From an uncultured Gemmatimonadota bacterium (GTDB lineage Bacteria; Blakebacterota; Blakebacteria; Blakebacterales; Blakebacteraceae), in the NCBI GenBank assembly GCA_964576115.1, contig CAZNUA010000002.1, positions 147,789-174,600 on the forward strand: 26,812 bases of DNA, read 5' to 3'. The notes under the pieces are model-generated. The model worked only from the letters and a program-made list of their open reading frames with translations. It searched no databases and was not told the origin of the DNA. Both the position numbers and the translations under genes were made by a program. Positions 1-9,423 of the stretch are shown one piece after another. Each line of letters opens with the position of its first letter. Position 1 is the first letter of the stretch.

Positions 1-37
1 GTATGCTGCTCGGGTAACGGGATTCGGGGAGCAATCC

Positions 38-1285
38 ATGCCGGCACGACTTCTCGTCGTCGAACGACATTTCCCCTACAGCGGGGGAGCACGCACCGAG
101 AGCTTTGTTGCGCTCTGGCCTGCAATGGGGTGGCAGGTACGGGTGCTGACACGCGATCCCCCTTCCACTCCCTTCCCACTCGACGAAGTCATGGCCGGGA
201 TACCGGCCGGGGTGGAGATCGAGCGTGTGACTGCCCGCCGACCGGGCGAGGGTTCCGGTCTGATGCCCCCCCGGCTCCGGCGCGGTCTCTACCGTCTGGC
301 GAACCGGCCCCTGCCCGGGAACGAGTGGATCGGGCCGGCTCTCGATGCATCTCTTACCGATGCCGGCGCTGCTCGCCCCAACCTCATCTACTCCTCGAGT
401 CCGCCCGAGAGCGCTCACGAGATAGCTCTCCACCTTCGTGACCTGTGGGGTATCCCCTGGGTGATGGACGTGCGTGACCTCTTTACCCAGTACCGGGGCC
501 GTTTCAGCGCCCTGACACCCCTGCACGCCGCCTGGGCCCGCCGTCTCGAGGCGCGATGGTACGCACGCTGCAACCGGCTGATTGTGAACACCGAGCACCA
601 TCTCGAGCGGCTCCGCGAGAGGTTCGCAATCCGCGACGGGAACACCATCGTCATCCCCAACGGTTTCCGAGAAGATGACCGGCGCCATGCCGACCGACCG
701 CTCCTGCCTGGTCCGATCAGCCGGGACCGGCCATTGAGGATCGGGTACCTGGGGGTGCTGTCGAAACCGGCCAACGCCTGGCAGGCGACCCTCGATGGCT
801 TGGCCCGCGTATCATCGCTGGAGCGTCCAATCCTGCTGGAAATCTGGGGGCGCCCCGAGCCCGAGGTCACGCGGGTTGCAGAAACTCTCGGTCTGGCCAA
901 CAGCGTATCCTTTCGTACCCCGCAGCCTCACGGCAAAGCGATGGAGGAAGTGGCGACCTGTGATTGTCTGCTGGTGACTACTGCCTCCACCCACGGCCAC
1001 CTGGTGCCCCAGAAACTCTACAACTACCTGGCTCTGGAACGGTGGGTCGCAGCTCTGGCGCCGGCCGGGTCGATGGTCGCGCGGGTCGTCGAGATGACCG
1101 GTGCCGGTGAAGTGGCCGAGCCCGATGCCGCCGGAGCGGCCCGTCTGCTCGAACACATGCAGGACCGGATCGATGCCGGGCAGATGCAGCCACCGATTGA
1201 TCGGACCGCCATCGAGACATACTCGCGCACCGTCCATGCCCGGCGACTATCCGAGGTATTCCACGAGGTTCTCGGCAATGGCTGA
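38..1285 (+). CDS. Glycosyltransferase, GT4 family (GT-B)
   Basis: 415 aa; GGGGAG RBS before ATG. GT4-like motifs: FPYSGGAR near N-terminus, SSSPPESAH, WVMDVRD, VIPNGF, C-terminal PQKLYNYLA (PxKxxEY-like). Stop overlaps the next gene's start. Confidence 0.8.
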   Translation: MPARLLVVERHFPYSGGARTESFVALWPAMGWQVRVLTRDPPSTPFPLDEVMAGIPAGVEIERVTARRPGEGSGLMPPRLRRGLYRLANRPLPGNEWIGPALDASLTDAGAARPNLIYSSSPPESAHEIALHLRDLWGIPWVMDVRDLFTQYRGRFSALTPLHAAWARRLEARWYARCNRLIVNTEHHLERLRERFAIRDGNTIVIPNGFREDDRRHADRPLLPGPISRDRPLRIGYLGVLSKPANAWQATLDGLARVSSLERPILLEIWGRPEPEVTRVAETLGLANSVSFRTPQPHGKAMEEVATCDCLLVTTASTHGHLVPQKLYNYLALERWVAALAPAGSMVARVVEMTGAGEVAEPDAAGAARLLEHMQDRIDAGQMQPPIDRTAIETYSRTVHARRLSEVFHEVLGNG

Positions 1286-2465
1286 GCCCCTGACCGTTCT
1301 CTTCATCGCCCGGGCGGTCACCATCCATGCCCGGCGCTGGATCGGGGCTGTCGCCGAGCGGGGAGTCCGCTGCCTTCTGGCGGCGGTGACGTCACCCGGG
1401 GAGCCCGAGAGGATAGAAGGTGCTGAGACGGTCGCGGTCCTCCCCGTCCGGGGAATCCGTCATCCCGCCTACCTGCCACGATTCCTGGCCAATACTCTCC
1501 GTCTGCGCCGGGCGATCGACCGCACCCGACCGGCTGTGGTGCATGCCCATTTCGTCGAGGACTGCGGTTGGCTGGGAGCCTTTTCCGGCTATCATCCATG
1601 GGGAGTTACAGCATGGGGTTCGGATCTGCTCGTTCTCCCCGATCGTTCGCGTCTCGGGGTGGGGCGTCGACTGACCCGGACGGCCCTGCGGCGGGCCGAT
1701 TTCCTCACCGCTCCGAGCCAGGCCCTGCTGGAGGCGGCCGATCGGCAGGGTCTGAGGTCGGGCCTGGGAACCCACCTCTTATGGGGCGTGGACCGGGGCC
1801 GTTTTCATCCCGATCTGGATCCGGCTCCTTTCCGTTCCCGGTTGAGGATTCCCGACGGTGTCCCCCTCGTTCTCTCCCCGCGGCGGATGGAGGGGCTGTA
1901 CCATATTGTGGACATCCTCGATGCCTGGGAGAGACTCCGCGCCGCCGGAGGACCGCGGTCGGTATTGGCTCTGGCCACCGACGGCGGTTCGCTCGAGCCC
2001 GACTTCCGGACTCGGGCCGCCGCCAGTGAGTGGGAGGAGGATATCCGTATCCTGGAGCCGCTTGCGTATGACGAGATGCCCGGACTCTTCGCCGCTACGG
2101 ATATCGTGGTTTCGGTACCCGAAAGCGACGGTACGCCGATGTCGGTCCTCGAAGCCCTGGCCACCGGCACACCGGTCATCGCCGGCGATCTACCCAGCCT
2201 GCATCCGTGGGTACACGAGGGGAAAACCGGCCGGCTGGTACCGGTAGGCGATGTGACGGCACTGGCCGACGTGCTCGGGGCCCTGCTGGCCGACGTTGAA
2301 GAAAGGCACGAGATGGGCCGCCGGGCTGCCGAACACGCCGTAGCCGAAGCCGACCAGACGGTCTGGATGGACCGGGCGGTCGCGCTGTACCATGACCTCG
2401 CCGGCGGAAGTCGCTCCTCTCGAACCACGGCCGGGCCGGCATCAGCTGGAGAGGAAGGACGATGA
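1278..2465 (+). CDS. Glycosyltransferase, GT4 family
   Basis: Start moved from 1101 to ATG 1278 (MAEPLTVLFIA), which overlaps the upstream stop; 395 aa. Motifs VVHAHF, TAWGSDLL, WGVD, SDGTPMSVLEALATGTPVI. Confidence 0.88.
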   Translation: MAEPLTVLFIARAVTIHARRWIGAVAERGVRCLLAAVTSPGEPERIEGAETVAVLPVRGIRHPAYLPRFLANTLRLRRAIDRTRPAVVHAHFVEDCGWLGAFSGYHPWGVTAWGSDLLVLPDRSRLGVGRRLTRTALRRADFLTAPSQALLEAADRQGLRSGLGTHLLWGVDRGRFHPDLDPAPFRSRLRIPDGVPLVLSPRRMEGLYHIVDILDAWERLRAAGGPRSVLALATDGGSLEPDFRTRAAASEWEEDIRILEPLAYDEMPGLFAATDIVVSVPESDGTPMSVLEALATGTPVIAGDLPSLHPWVHEGKTGRLVPVGDVTALADVLGALLADVEERHEMGRRAAEHAVAEADQTVWMDRAVALYHDLAGGSRSSRTTAGPASAGEEGR

Positions 2466-3586
2466 CGCCCCGGATCGCGGTCGATGGCCGGGAGTGGCTG
2501 CCCGGGAGGCAGACCGGGATCGGGCGCTTCCTCGAGGATCTGCTCGACCGGGCGGTGCAGAGGGATGGCGGCCCCGGCTGGCACATCTACCTTGCTCCAG
2601 AGGGTGAAACCCGCCTCGAAGCAGCAAACCTGACGTACGAACACCTGCCCCACCTGCCGGCCCCGCTGGTCGATCAGCTGGTGCTGCCCGCCCGGCTGTC
2701 GGCGAATCCACCCGATCTCTTCTTCTCCCCGTATATCAAGCTTCCGTGGCGACTGCCCTGCCCCGGAGTGGCGACCGTCCACGATCTCATGCTCCTGAGC
2801 CTGTCTCCCGCCGACGGCGGTCTCTCCCAGCCCCGGCGGACATGGTTCCGCTGGTACACCCGGCGCTCGCTTCGACGTGCCGATCTGATCGTCACGGTCT
2901 CGGAGGCCTCCCGCCGGGAGATCGCTGAACAGATCGGTCCGCTAGACACCCCGATCGAGGTGATCCCCGAGCCGGCTGGCCGGGCTTTCCGCGAAGGCGG
3001 CGGGCTCTCCGGTGAGCAAGTCCGGACCCGCCTGGAGATCGCCGGACCATTTCTCATGACAGTCGGCAACTTCAGCCCCCACAAGAACCTGGCTCTTCTC
3101 GTCAGGGCCTGGGCGGATCTGCAGGCGGAGGGGATTGCGGGAGACTTGATCATGGTGGGTGCGGGTGAAGGCCGGGAAGCCATCCGGGAGCTGGTCCGAT
3201 CGCTCGGCGTGGAGAAGACGGTCCACTTCCCGGGACGGGTCGACGATGACGAGCTCCCGGCCCTCTACCGCGAAACCACCGGCCTGCTCCAACCCTCGCT
3301 CTCGGAAGGATTCGGCCTGCCGGTCGTCGAGGCAATGGCCTGCGGCGCCCCGGTGGTCGTTTCCGACCGGGGTAGTCTCCCGGAAGTGGCGGGAGAGGCC
3401 GGTCAGGTACTCGACCCCACCGACCGGACGGCCTGGGCTGCGGCGATGAGAGATCTGCTCACCGATCCCGAACTCCGTCGCTGGAGGGCAGAAGCCGCGC
3501 TCGATCGCGCCGGACAGTTCACCCCCGAGAATACCACCGACCGCCTGTTGGAGCGGATCGAGAGCGTGATGCGACATGACGCCTGA
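2462..3586 (+). CDS. Glycosyltransferase, GT4 family (MtfB/WbpY-like)
   Basis: 374 aa; ATGA overlap with previous gene. Motifs IAVDGR...TGIGRF, TVHDL, TVSEAS, HKNL, PSLSEGFGLPVVEAMACGAPV. Confidence 0.9.
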   Translation: MTPRIAVDGREWLPGRQTGIGRFLEDLLDRAVQRDGGPGWHIYLAPEGETRLEAANLTYEHLPHLPAPLVDQLVLPARLSANPPDLFFSPYIKLPWRLPCPGVATVHDLMLLSLSPADGGLSQPRRTWFRWYTRRSLRRADLIVTVSEASRREIAEQIGPLDTPIEVIPEPAGRAFREGGGLSGEQVRTRLEIAGPFLMTVGNFSPHKNLALLVRAWADLQAEGIAGDLIMVGAGEGREAIRELVRSLGVEKTVHFPGRVDDDELPALYRETTGLLQPSLSEGFGLPVVEAMACGAPVVVSDRGSLPEVAGEAGQVLDPTDRTAWAAAMRDLLTDPELRRWRAEAALDRAGQFTPENTTDRLLERIESVMRHDA

Positions 3587-5132
3587 TACAGATTCGCTCC
3601 GGCAGAAGGATCCGCTCCGTTCCGCCGAATCCCTGGAAACGGAGTGGGGAAACGTCCGTGGCAGTTCGTACGGGCCGCTGGCGGCGCGCAGCACGATCGT
3701 TGTGACGATCGTGAAGATCACGGCCACGGTGATCAGCCTGGCCACCACCATGATACTGGCCCGGCTGCTGACCGAGTCTGAATACGGGATCATCGACCTG
3801 GCCGGAACCCTGACCGCCCTGCTGGCCATCAGCACCGACCTGGGTCTGAGCATCGCCACGATCCAGCGTTCGCGGATCACTCCTGAACAGATCTCCACCC
3901 TTTTCTGGCTGAACGCCGCTTTCGGCTTTGGGCTCTGGGCAGCCTGTTCTCTGGCCGGACCGCTTCTGGTGCTCTTCTACAGCGAGCCGGCCCTCTACTG
4001 GGTGGCCCCGGCGGTGGGTATAAATTTCTTCTTCGCCGGTCTGGCTGCCCAGCCAGAGGCCCTGCTGCGCCGTCAGTTCGCCTTCCGCAAGACCGGCACG
4101 GCCGAGATCGCGGGTCGTATCATCGGGCTGGGGGTGGGGGTGGGGGCGGCTCTGGCTGGTCTGAGCTACTGGGCTCTGGTACTCAATACGCTGACCACGG
4201 CTGCGGTCCGAACGGTGATCCTCTTCGTTGCCAGCCGCTTCCGGCCCACCGCCCCGCGGCGGGGGACCGGGGTGCGCCCCATGATCACGGTCGGCGGCTG
4301 GTACGTGGGCTTCAGTTTCCTGAACTACTTCTCGCGCAATCTGGATAACGTCATCATCGGCAAAGTGCTCGGTAAGGCAGCCCTGGGATTCTACGCTCGC
4401 GCCTACCGGCTGTATCTTCTACCGCAGACGCTGGTCAGCGGTATCCTCGGCCAGGTCGCTCTGCCCGCTCTCTCGCGGCTGACCGGTGAGCGCGAGCGGT
4501 TCCTGCAGGCTTACCTGAGTATTCTCCAGGTCACAGTACTGACCGGCAGCGCCGTAGGGGGCTGGCTGGCCGTTCTGGCCCCCGAGGCGATCCTGGTCGT
4601 CCTCGGCGAGCGGTGGCTACCGGCGGTCCCGATCTTCAGGATCTTCGCCGCGGTGGGGGTGCTGCAGCCGATCCTCTCTTCGACGGGGTGGATCTACACC
4701 AGCCTGGGCCGCACCGATCGGATGTTCCGCTGGTCCTTCGTACCCGCCATCCTGCTTTCAGCGGGCTTTGCGGTCGGGGTCCACTACGGCACCCTCGGGG
4801 TGGCCTGGGCCTACGCTATCGTCTGGATCGGCCTGCTGTTCCTGCCCGGGCTTGCCTACTGTTTGAACACCGTCCCGATCGGGTTGGGATATGTCCTGCG
4901 CCGACTGCTGGGGCCACTTGGCGTGGTGGTGATCTCGACCGTGGGGGCGTTCGGTATCCGCTTGCTGGTCCCGCCGGGGACTGACTCTCTGCTCACAGCC
5001 GTCATTGTCATGGTGCCGACCTTGCTGATTCATTTCGGAGCCGCTCGACTCCTGACACGTTCCACACTCGAGGAGATCAAGGTTTTATTGGAGGTCAGGC
5101 TGGACGGGGATCCTGTTGATGATGATGACTAG
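3576..5132 (+). CDS. wzx: Wzx-type oligosaccharide flippase (PST/MOP family)
   Basis: 518 aa with many hydrophobic helices. Motifs LARLLTESEYG, DLGLSIATIQR, NLDNVIIGKVLGKAALGFYARAY; lies in a GT operon. Confidence 0.88.
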   Translation: MTPDTDSLRQKDPLRSAESLETEWGNVRGSSYGPLAARSTIVVTIVKITATVISLATTMILARLLTESEYGIIDLAGTLTALLAISTDLGLSIATIQRSRITPEQISTLFWLNAAFGFGLWAACSLAGPLLVLFYSEPALYWVAPAVGINFFFAGLAAQPEALLRRQFAFRKTGTAEIAGRIIGLGVGVGAALAGLSYWALVLNTLTTAAVRTVILFVASRFRPTAPRRGTGVRPMITVGGWYVGFSFLNYFSRNLDNVIIGKVLGKAALGFYARAYRLYLLPQTLVSGILGQVALPALSRLTGERERFLQAYLSILQVTVLTGSAVGGWLAVLAPEAILVVLGERWLPAVPIFRIFAAVGVLQPILSSTGWIYTSLGRTDRMFRWSFVPAILLSAGFAVGVHYGTLGVAWAYAIVWIGLLFLPGLAYCLNTVPIGLGYVLRRLLGPLGVVVISTVGAFGIRLLVPPGTDSLLTAVIVMVPTLLIHFGAARLLTRSTLEEIKVLLEVRLDGDPVDDDD

Positions 5133-5214
5133 GCCGATAGACACAGGGTACATTCGGAGAGAAAACCGTGACCACCTGCTAGGGTATGGCATTGCCTGAA
5201 TGCCAGAGGGTGCC

Positions 5215-6240
5215 ATGAAGCGACTGATCCGTATGATTATTCATCGAATACGGCGTAATCAACGAGCCCGAAGACTCAGATTCCTAGAAATTGTCCTGAA
5301 GAACCGTCTCGATATTCTCGTCGTGGCCGATTCAGGGATAGGCAATACTATTATGGCCACTCCGCTGGTTCAGGCTGTAAAGATACTCTGGCCGGCGGCC
5401 CAGGTAGACCTGCTCACATCTCATACTGCCCTATTCTCACGATGGCCAATTGTCAGGCAGCTGTATGGGGATCCCGCGAACATCGATCCGATGCGCTATG
5501 ACCATTTCTTCTTGTGTTATGATACGCGCTATTCTCCAGAACAATGGAAACCGGGAGCTCAACAGCACCGGGTTGAATCACCCCGAGGTGGTGGACCGTT
5601 TACCTTCTCGGAGGCGGATTACAATCTGACATTACTCCGCCAACTGGGTTATCGAGGTGGAAGACCGTCATTGTATGCCGAGTGGACACAACCAGACCCC
5701 TCTCCCTGGAACCGTCCCGGAGATCGGATTGTCCTTGCCCCTGGGGGATTGAGGGATGATCAGTGGCTCGGCAAACATTGGCACAGATGGAGTGAGCTCA
5801 TTCCAATTCTCTTGCAACCTGGAGGCAGGTTGGTTCTGGTATTGGGTGGATCAACTGACCGGGGACTCGATGTTCCTCGAATACCAGGAGTCATCAACGC
5901 AATTGATCAGTACTCCCTGGATGAGACGGCAGGAATCATCCGCAGTAGTAACCTTGTGATTGCCAACGATTGCGGTCTTGCTCATCTAGCCGATGCACTT
6001 CAGATCCCGCATATCGTTCTCTTCGGACCGACGGATGAGCTGAAGAATGGTCCCCTTCATACCGGAGTGGTGATTACACCGCCTGGGCGACACAATCCAT
6101 CTCAGATATGGCATGCTTCCGCCAGCGGATCAGATACGTCCACTATAGATGATATCTCACCGACCCGTGTAGCCTATGAAGCTGACCGTCTCCTCACTTT
6201 CAGAAAGAGCCGCACAGAATGGGATCAAGACTCGCACTGA
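5215..6240 (+). CDS. Glycosyltransferase, GT9 family (heptosyltransferase-like)
   Basis: Motifs SGIGNTIMATPLVQAVK, LAPGG...KHW, IANDCGLAHLADALQIPHIVLFGPT. Start taken at ATG 5215 (AGAGGG upstream); ATG 5200 is an alternative. Lower GC than flanks. Confidence 0.85.
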   Translation: MKRLIRMIIHRIRRNQRARRLRFLEIVLKNRLDILVVADSGIGNTIMATPLVQAVKILWPAAQVDLLTSHTALFSRWPIVRQLYGDPANIDPMRYDHFFLCYDTRYSPEQWKPGAQQHRVESPRGGGPFTFSEADYNLTLLRQLGYRGGRPSLYAEWTQPDPSPWNRPGDRIVLAPGGLRDDQWLGKHWHRWSELIPILLQPGGRLVLVLGGSTDRGLDVPRIPGVINAIDQYSLDETAGIIRSSNLVIANDCGLAHLADALQIPHIVLFGPTDELKNGPLHTGVVITPPGRHNPSQIWHASASGSDTSTIDDISPTRVAYEADRLLTFRKSRTEWDQDSH

Positions 6241-6288
6241 TACTCTGCAGTGTTCCTTCGAGACGGCGGTGCTTGTGAACCTTTTCTG

Positions 6289-7266
6289 CTATTGTGTGAT
6301 GAGACGCGCGTATTCCTGATGAGCCTGAAAGTCCGCGGCAAAGTATCGATCCAGATCGTCCCCGGGATAAGAATCTGAGAGTGTGAGCGTATGCCACTCG
6401 CTGAAGGGATATATATGCAGGGGACTCTTGCTTGGTGAACACACACGCTCGAAAGCCTTTGCCCATAACTCAACCATACGGTGCTTCTGAATGTTTGTGA
6501 AGAAATGGACCTCGGCTCCATTCCTCAATGCTGGTGCAGCGCTGTGAATCCGGTTGGTTATCAGGTGTTTGCAGCATGCATACAAGCGTTTGAAATCTGT
6601 GTAATTGCTGCTGTAATAAATATCGGTGCCGAATAGTTGCTGAGCAGGTACGTACTCATCTGGATGATGTACGGCGATCATGTCGATCCGGTCATGAAAC
6701 TTCCGGTACAACTCTAGATAGACTGTGTCTGCGATCCCGTTATCGGCATTTCTCTTATAGGTCAGTACGACATCGAGGCTTTTTTCGGGGGTTGGTTCGT
6801 ACTTTGCGTGGAATGCTGGATCCAGGAACCACCGATGCGAAATTCCTGCTTTGTTCAAAGTCTCAGTTGCCAGATCGTCACGAACCGAGGCATACGAGAT
6901 CAGGTTCCGATTCCGACACTTCTTCAACCGTTGATAACCGGGTTGCGGCATCCCGACACCTATCGCCCAAATGGGGATACGGTGCTTCAAGCAGAGGTCG
7001 TATACGTCCTCCAGCGTATGCAGCCACTCCGGTGTGCCGGCCAGAATGAAGGCATCTGTATACGGTATGATGGATGCAAGTTCTGGCTGGTTCCGTAAGA
7101 CCTTCCATAAGGCTGTCCAGCCAAATTTATTTTTTGGATAGATGACTTGGCATCGGTTGAGCCAGATTATTGATTCTCGGGAACCGATGTCCAAAATTCG
7201 AAAGACACCTTCCCGGATGATATCATCACCCACATTCCAATTACTGGAGGTGCTGACGAGATACAT
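6289..7266 (-). CDS. Polysaccharide pyruvyl transferase family protein
   Basis: 325 aa. N-terminal NWNVGDDII, IGVG, SVRDD, DPAF, ITNRIHSAAPAL match the NxGD / SVRD / xRLH pattern of this family. Confidence 0.72.
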   Translation of the reverse strand: MYLVSTSSNWNVGDDIIREGVFRILDIGSRESIIWLNRCQVIYPKNKFGWTALWKVLRNQPELASIIPYTDAFILAGTPEWLHTLEDVYDLCLKHRIPIWAIGVGMPQPGYQRLKKCRNRNLISYASVRDDLATETLNKAGISHRWFLDPAFHAKYEPTPEKSLDVVLTYKRNADNGIADTVYLELYRKFHDRIDMIAVHHPDEYVPAQQLFGTDIYYSSNYTDFKRLYACCKHLITNRIHSAAPALRNGAEVHFFTNIQKHRMVELWAKAFERVCSPSKSPLHIYPFSEWHTLTLSDSYPGDDLDRYFAADFQAHQEYARLITQ

Positions 7267-7277
7267 CGGGGGTTCCC

Positions 7278-7931
7278 TTACTTCCTCGCCAGAACGAAAG
7301 CTACGCCAAGGGCGGGGGCTACTTCCGCAGCCTCATCATACGCAATTTCAGATATCTCATCCCCCTCGACAGGTTGCCAGCATCCCCCCCTGGATTCCTT
7401 GGCGAAAAAAGATAGGCTTTCGATCCCCGGGACAAGGTTCCGAACACCCGATGTATTATATAACCTCATTCCGCGCACAATCTGTGGCGGGCCGGCCGGC
7501 AGAGTGAGCATGAGTCGTCCTCCAGGAGCCAAGGCTGTCCAGAGTTTCTCAAGGGCCTTTCGATCCCCATCCGGATCAGAAGGATCACCGTAATAGGATA
7601 ATCCAACATGCTCAACAGTCGATATCGAGATGACTGTGTCGAAGACACTCTCGGGTGGCTCCCAAGTGAGGATATCAGCCTGAATAAAGTCAAAGCGGGG
7701 GTGCTCGAAGGGATAGGGACGCAAATCCAGTCCCGTCACTCGGTGCCCCAGTGAACAGAGGTGCAGGGGAAAGAGATCCTCGACGCATCCAAAATCGAGT
7801 ATCCGCTGAGGCGTTGGGCCCAGGTGGCTGAAGATCAAGGGATACTCAACAATCCGTTCTGATAGTACAGGTCGAACGGGTGGGAGGGATGGTTGTAGAT
7901 AGCCAGATAGACGTCTGAGGATTTTATACAT
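7278..7931 (-). CDS. Class I SAM-dependent methyltransferase (DUF268-like)
   Basis: Motifs ERIVEYP, ILDFGC, VTGLDLR, FDTVISISTVEHVGLSYYGDP, LAPGGRL. The frame is open to 8216, but the domain begins just after ATG 7931, so the start is uncertain. Confidence 0.75.
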   Translation of the reverse strand: MYKILRRLSGYLQPSLPPVRPVLSERIVEYPLIFSHLGPTPQRILDFGCVEDLFPLHLCSLGHRVTGLDLRPYPFEHPRFDFIQADILTWEPPESVFDTVISISTVEHVGLSYYGDPSDPDGDRKALEKLWTALAPGGRLMLTLPAGPPQIVRGMRLYNTSGVRNLVPGIESLSFFAKESRGGCWQPVEGDEISEIAYDEAAEVAPALGVAFVLARK

Positions 7932-8246
7932 CAAGCCCGGCTGTTCTACAGGCTCGAGAACGATATTCTTGTTTCGCTGGTACCGGTACAGTTCGCTATC
8001 TGGCATGTGTTGCATCCGTTGAATCCAGATCCTTCCAATCTTTTGAGCATTGAGCCGCAGCTGCCAAACGGTTGCGTCCTTACGTACAGAGGGTACGTTG
8101 TCAAGGGGCAAGACGTCCAGTCTCTGAATCAGTGAGTGAGTTGTTGTATTTATTCGTGATGGATCATTTCTGACTCTCGAGTTCTCCAGACAGATCACCG
8201 CCGCAAAACCAGACACCTTTGTGTATCGATCTAACCGCCCCAGCGG

Positions 8247-9419
8247 TTAACGTTCGTTGACTGCTGACGATAGAATTTCCCCATACAGCTCCAGCGTGCG
8301 GGCAACCATACGCTTGGCACTATAGTTTTTGAGGGCGATCTTGCGGCCCCGCTCGCCCATCCGTCGCCTGAGTTCGGGGTTGGCTATCAGCCGCTCAAGA
8401 GCCCGGGCCAGGGCCGGAAGATCGCCGGCCGGGACCAGGATTCCGCTCGTGCCGTCGGCCACGACCTCAGGTATCCCGCCTACCCGGGTAGCCACGACGG
8501 GCAGGGCGCAGGCCATCGCCTCGACCAGAACCAGACCGAACCCTTCGTTGATCGAAGTCAGCAGGAAGAGGTCGGCCAGGCCGAGCAGGTCGGGGACGTC
8601 GTCGCGCTGGCCCAGGAAGATGACCCGGTCGGTCAGGCCCTTCTGCCGGGACAGCTCCTCCAGGGGTGCCCGCTCGGGGCCTTCACCGACGATCCACAGC
8701 CTCCAGGCTTCCCGGTCGATCCCCATCTGTGCCAGGGCCTCGATCTGAGTTCGTTGATCCTTGACCGGGACCAGCCGGCCGACCGTAATCATGACCACTT
8801 CATCGGCGCCGAGCCCCGCATCTGAGCGCCGCTGGGTACGTTCCGGTTCCGGCAGGGGAGCGAATCGCTCCAGTTCGATGCCGTTGGGGATCTGGTCGTG
8901 CTGCAGGGCCCGGCCGATACCGACCGCGAGGTAGGCTTCGGTCTCTAGCCGGTTGAGGCCGATGATCCGGGTGGTCCAGCGGGCAGACAGCCGTTCGAGC
9001 CAGGCGAAGAGTCGCTGCGGCACCGATCGGAAGTAGCCTGTGAGAACCGTTCCGTGCGGGGTGTAGAGACGGGGTTTCACACCGGCCAGAAGAGCGGCCA
9101 GGCGTCCGAGAAAACCCCCCTTGCTGGTATGGGCGTGGACGAGAACGGGGCGGATGCGGCGCATGAGACGCCAGAGAGAGAAAAGGGCCGCGATATCCTG
9201 CAGCGGATGCAGGTCGCGGCGCAAAGAAGGGACCACATGGATTGGGAAGCCCAGTTCGCGCGCGCGGGGCAGTAGATCTTCGGCCGGCGGTTCGGTCAGT
9301 CCGGTGGCCAGCTCGACCGCGACGCCACGGGCCGCGAGTCCTTCGAGCAGCAGCAGGAGCGTGTTCGGGGCGCCGCCGGCTTCGAGCCGGGTGATGACGT
9401 GCAGGATGGGGCCGTTCAT
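8247..9419 (-). CDS. Glycosyltransferase, GT4 family
   Basis: Start moved to ATG 9419 (MNGPILHVITRLEAGGA), with GGGGAG RBS, just after the upstream stop; 390 aa. Motifs VHAHTSKGG, IPNGIE, VGRLVPVKD, SINEGFGLVLVEAMACALPVV. Confidence 0.9.
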   Translation of the reverse strand: MNGPILHVITRLEAGGAPNTLLLLLEGLAARGVAVELATGLTEPPAEDLLPRARELGFPIHVVPSLRRDLHPLQDIAALFSLWRLMRRIRPVLVHAHTSKGGFLGRLAALLAGVKPRLYTPHGTVLTGYFRSVPQRLFAWLERLSARWTTRIIGLNRLETEAYLAVGIGRALQHDQIPNGIELERFAPLPEPERTQRRSDAGLGADEVVMITVGRLVPVKDQRTQIEALAQMGIDREAWRLWIVGEGPERAPLEELSRQKGLTDRVIFLGQRDDVPDLLGLADLFLLTSINEGFGLVLVEAMACALPVVATRVGGIPEVVADGTSGILVPAGDLPALARALERLIANPELRRRMGERGRKIALKNYSAKRMVARTLELYGEILSSAVNER

Positions 9420-9423
9420 AGCA

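Noticed and set aside
1101-1277. N-terminal extensions in the ORF track (also 9420-9668, 16643-16732, 19732-19749, 24813-24821)
   Set aside because: They overlap neighbouring genes or promoter DNA; downstream ATGs have better RBS or coupling and match the domain starts.
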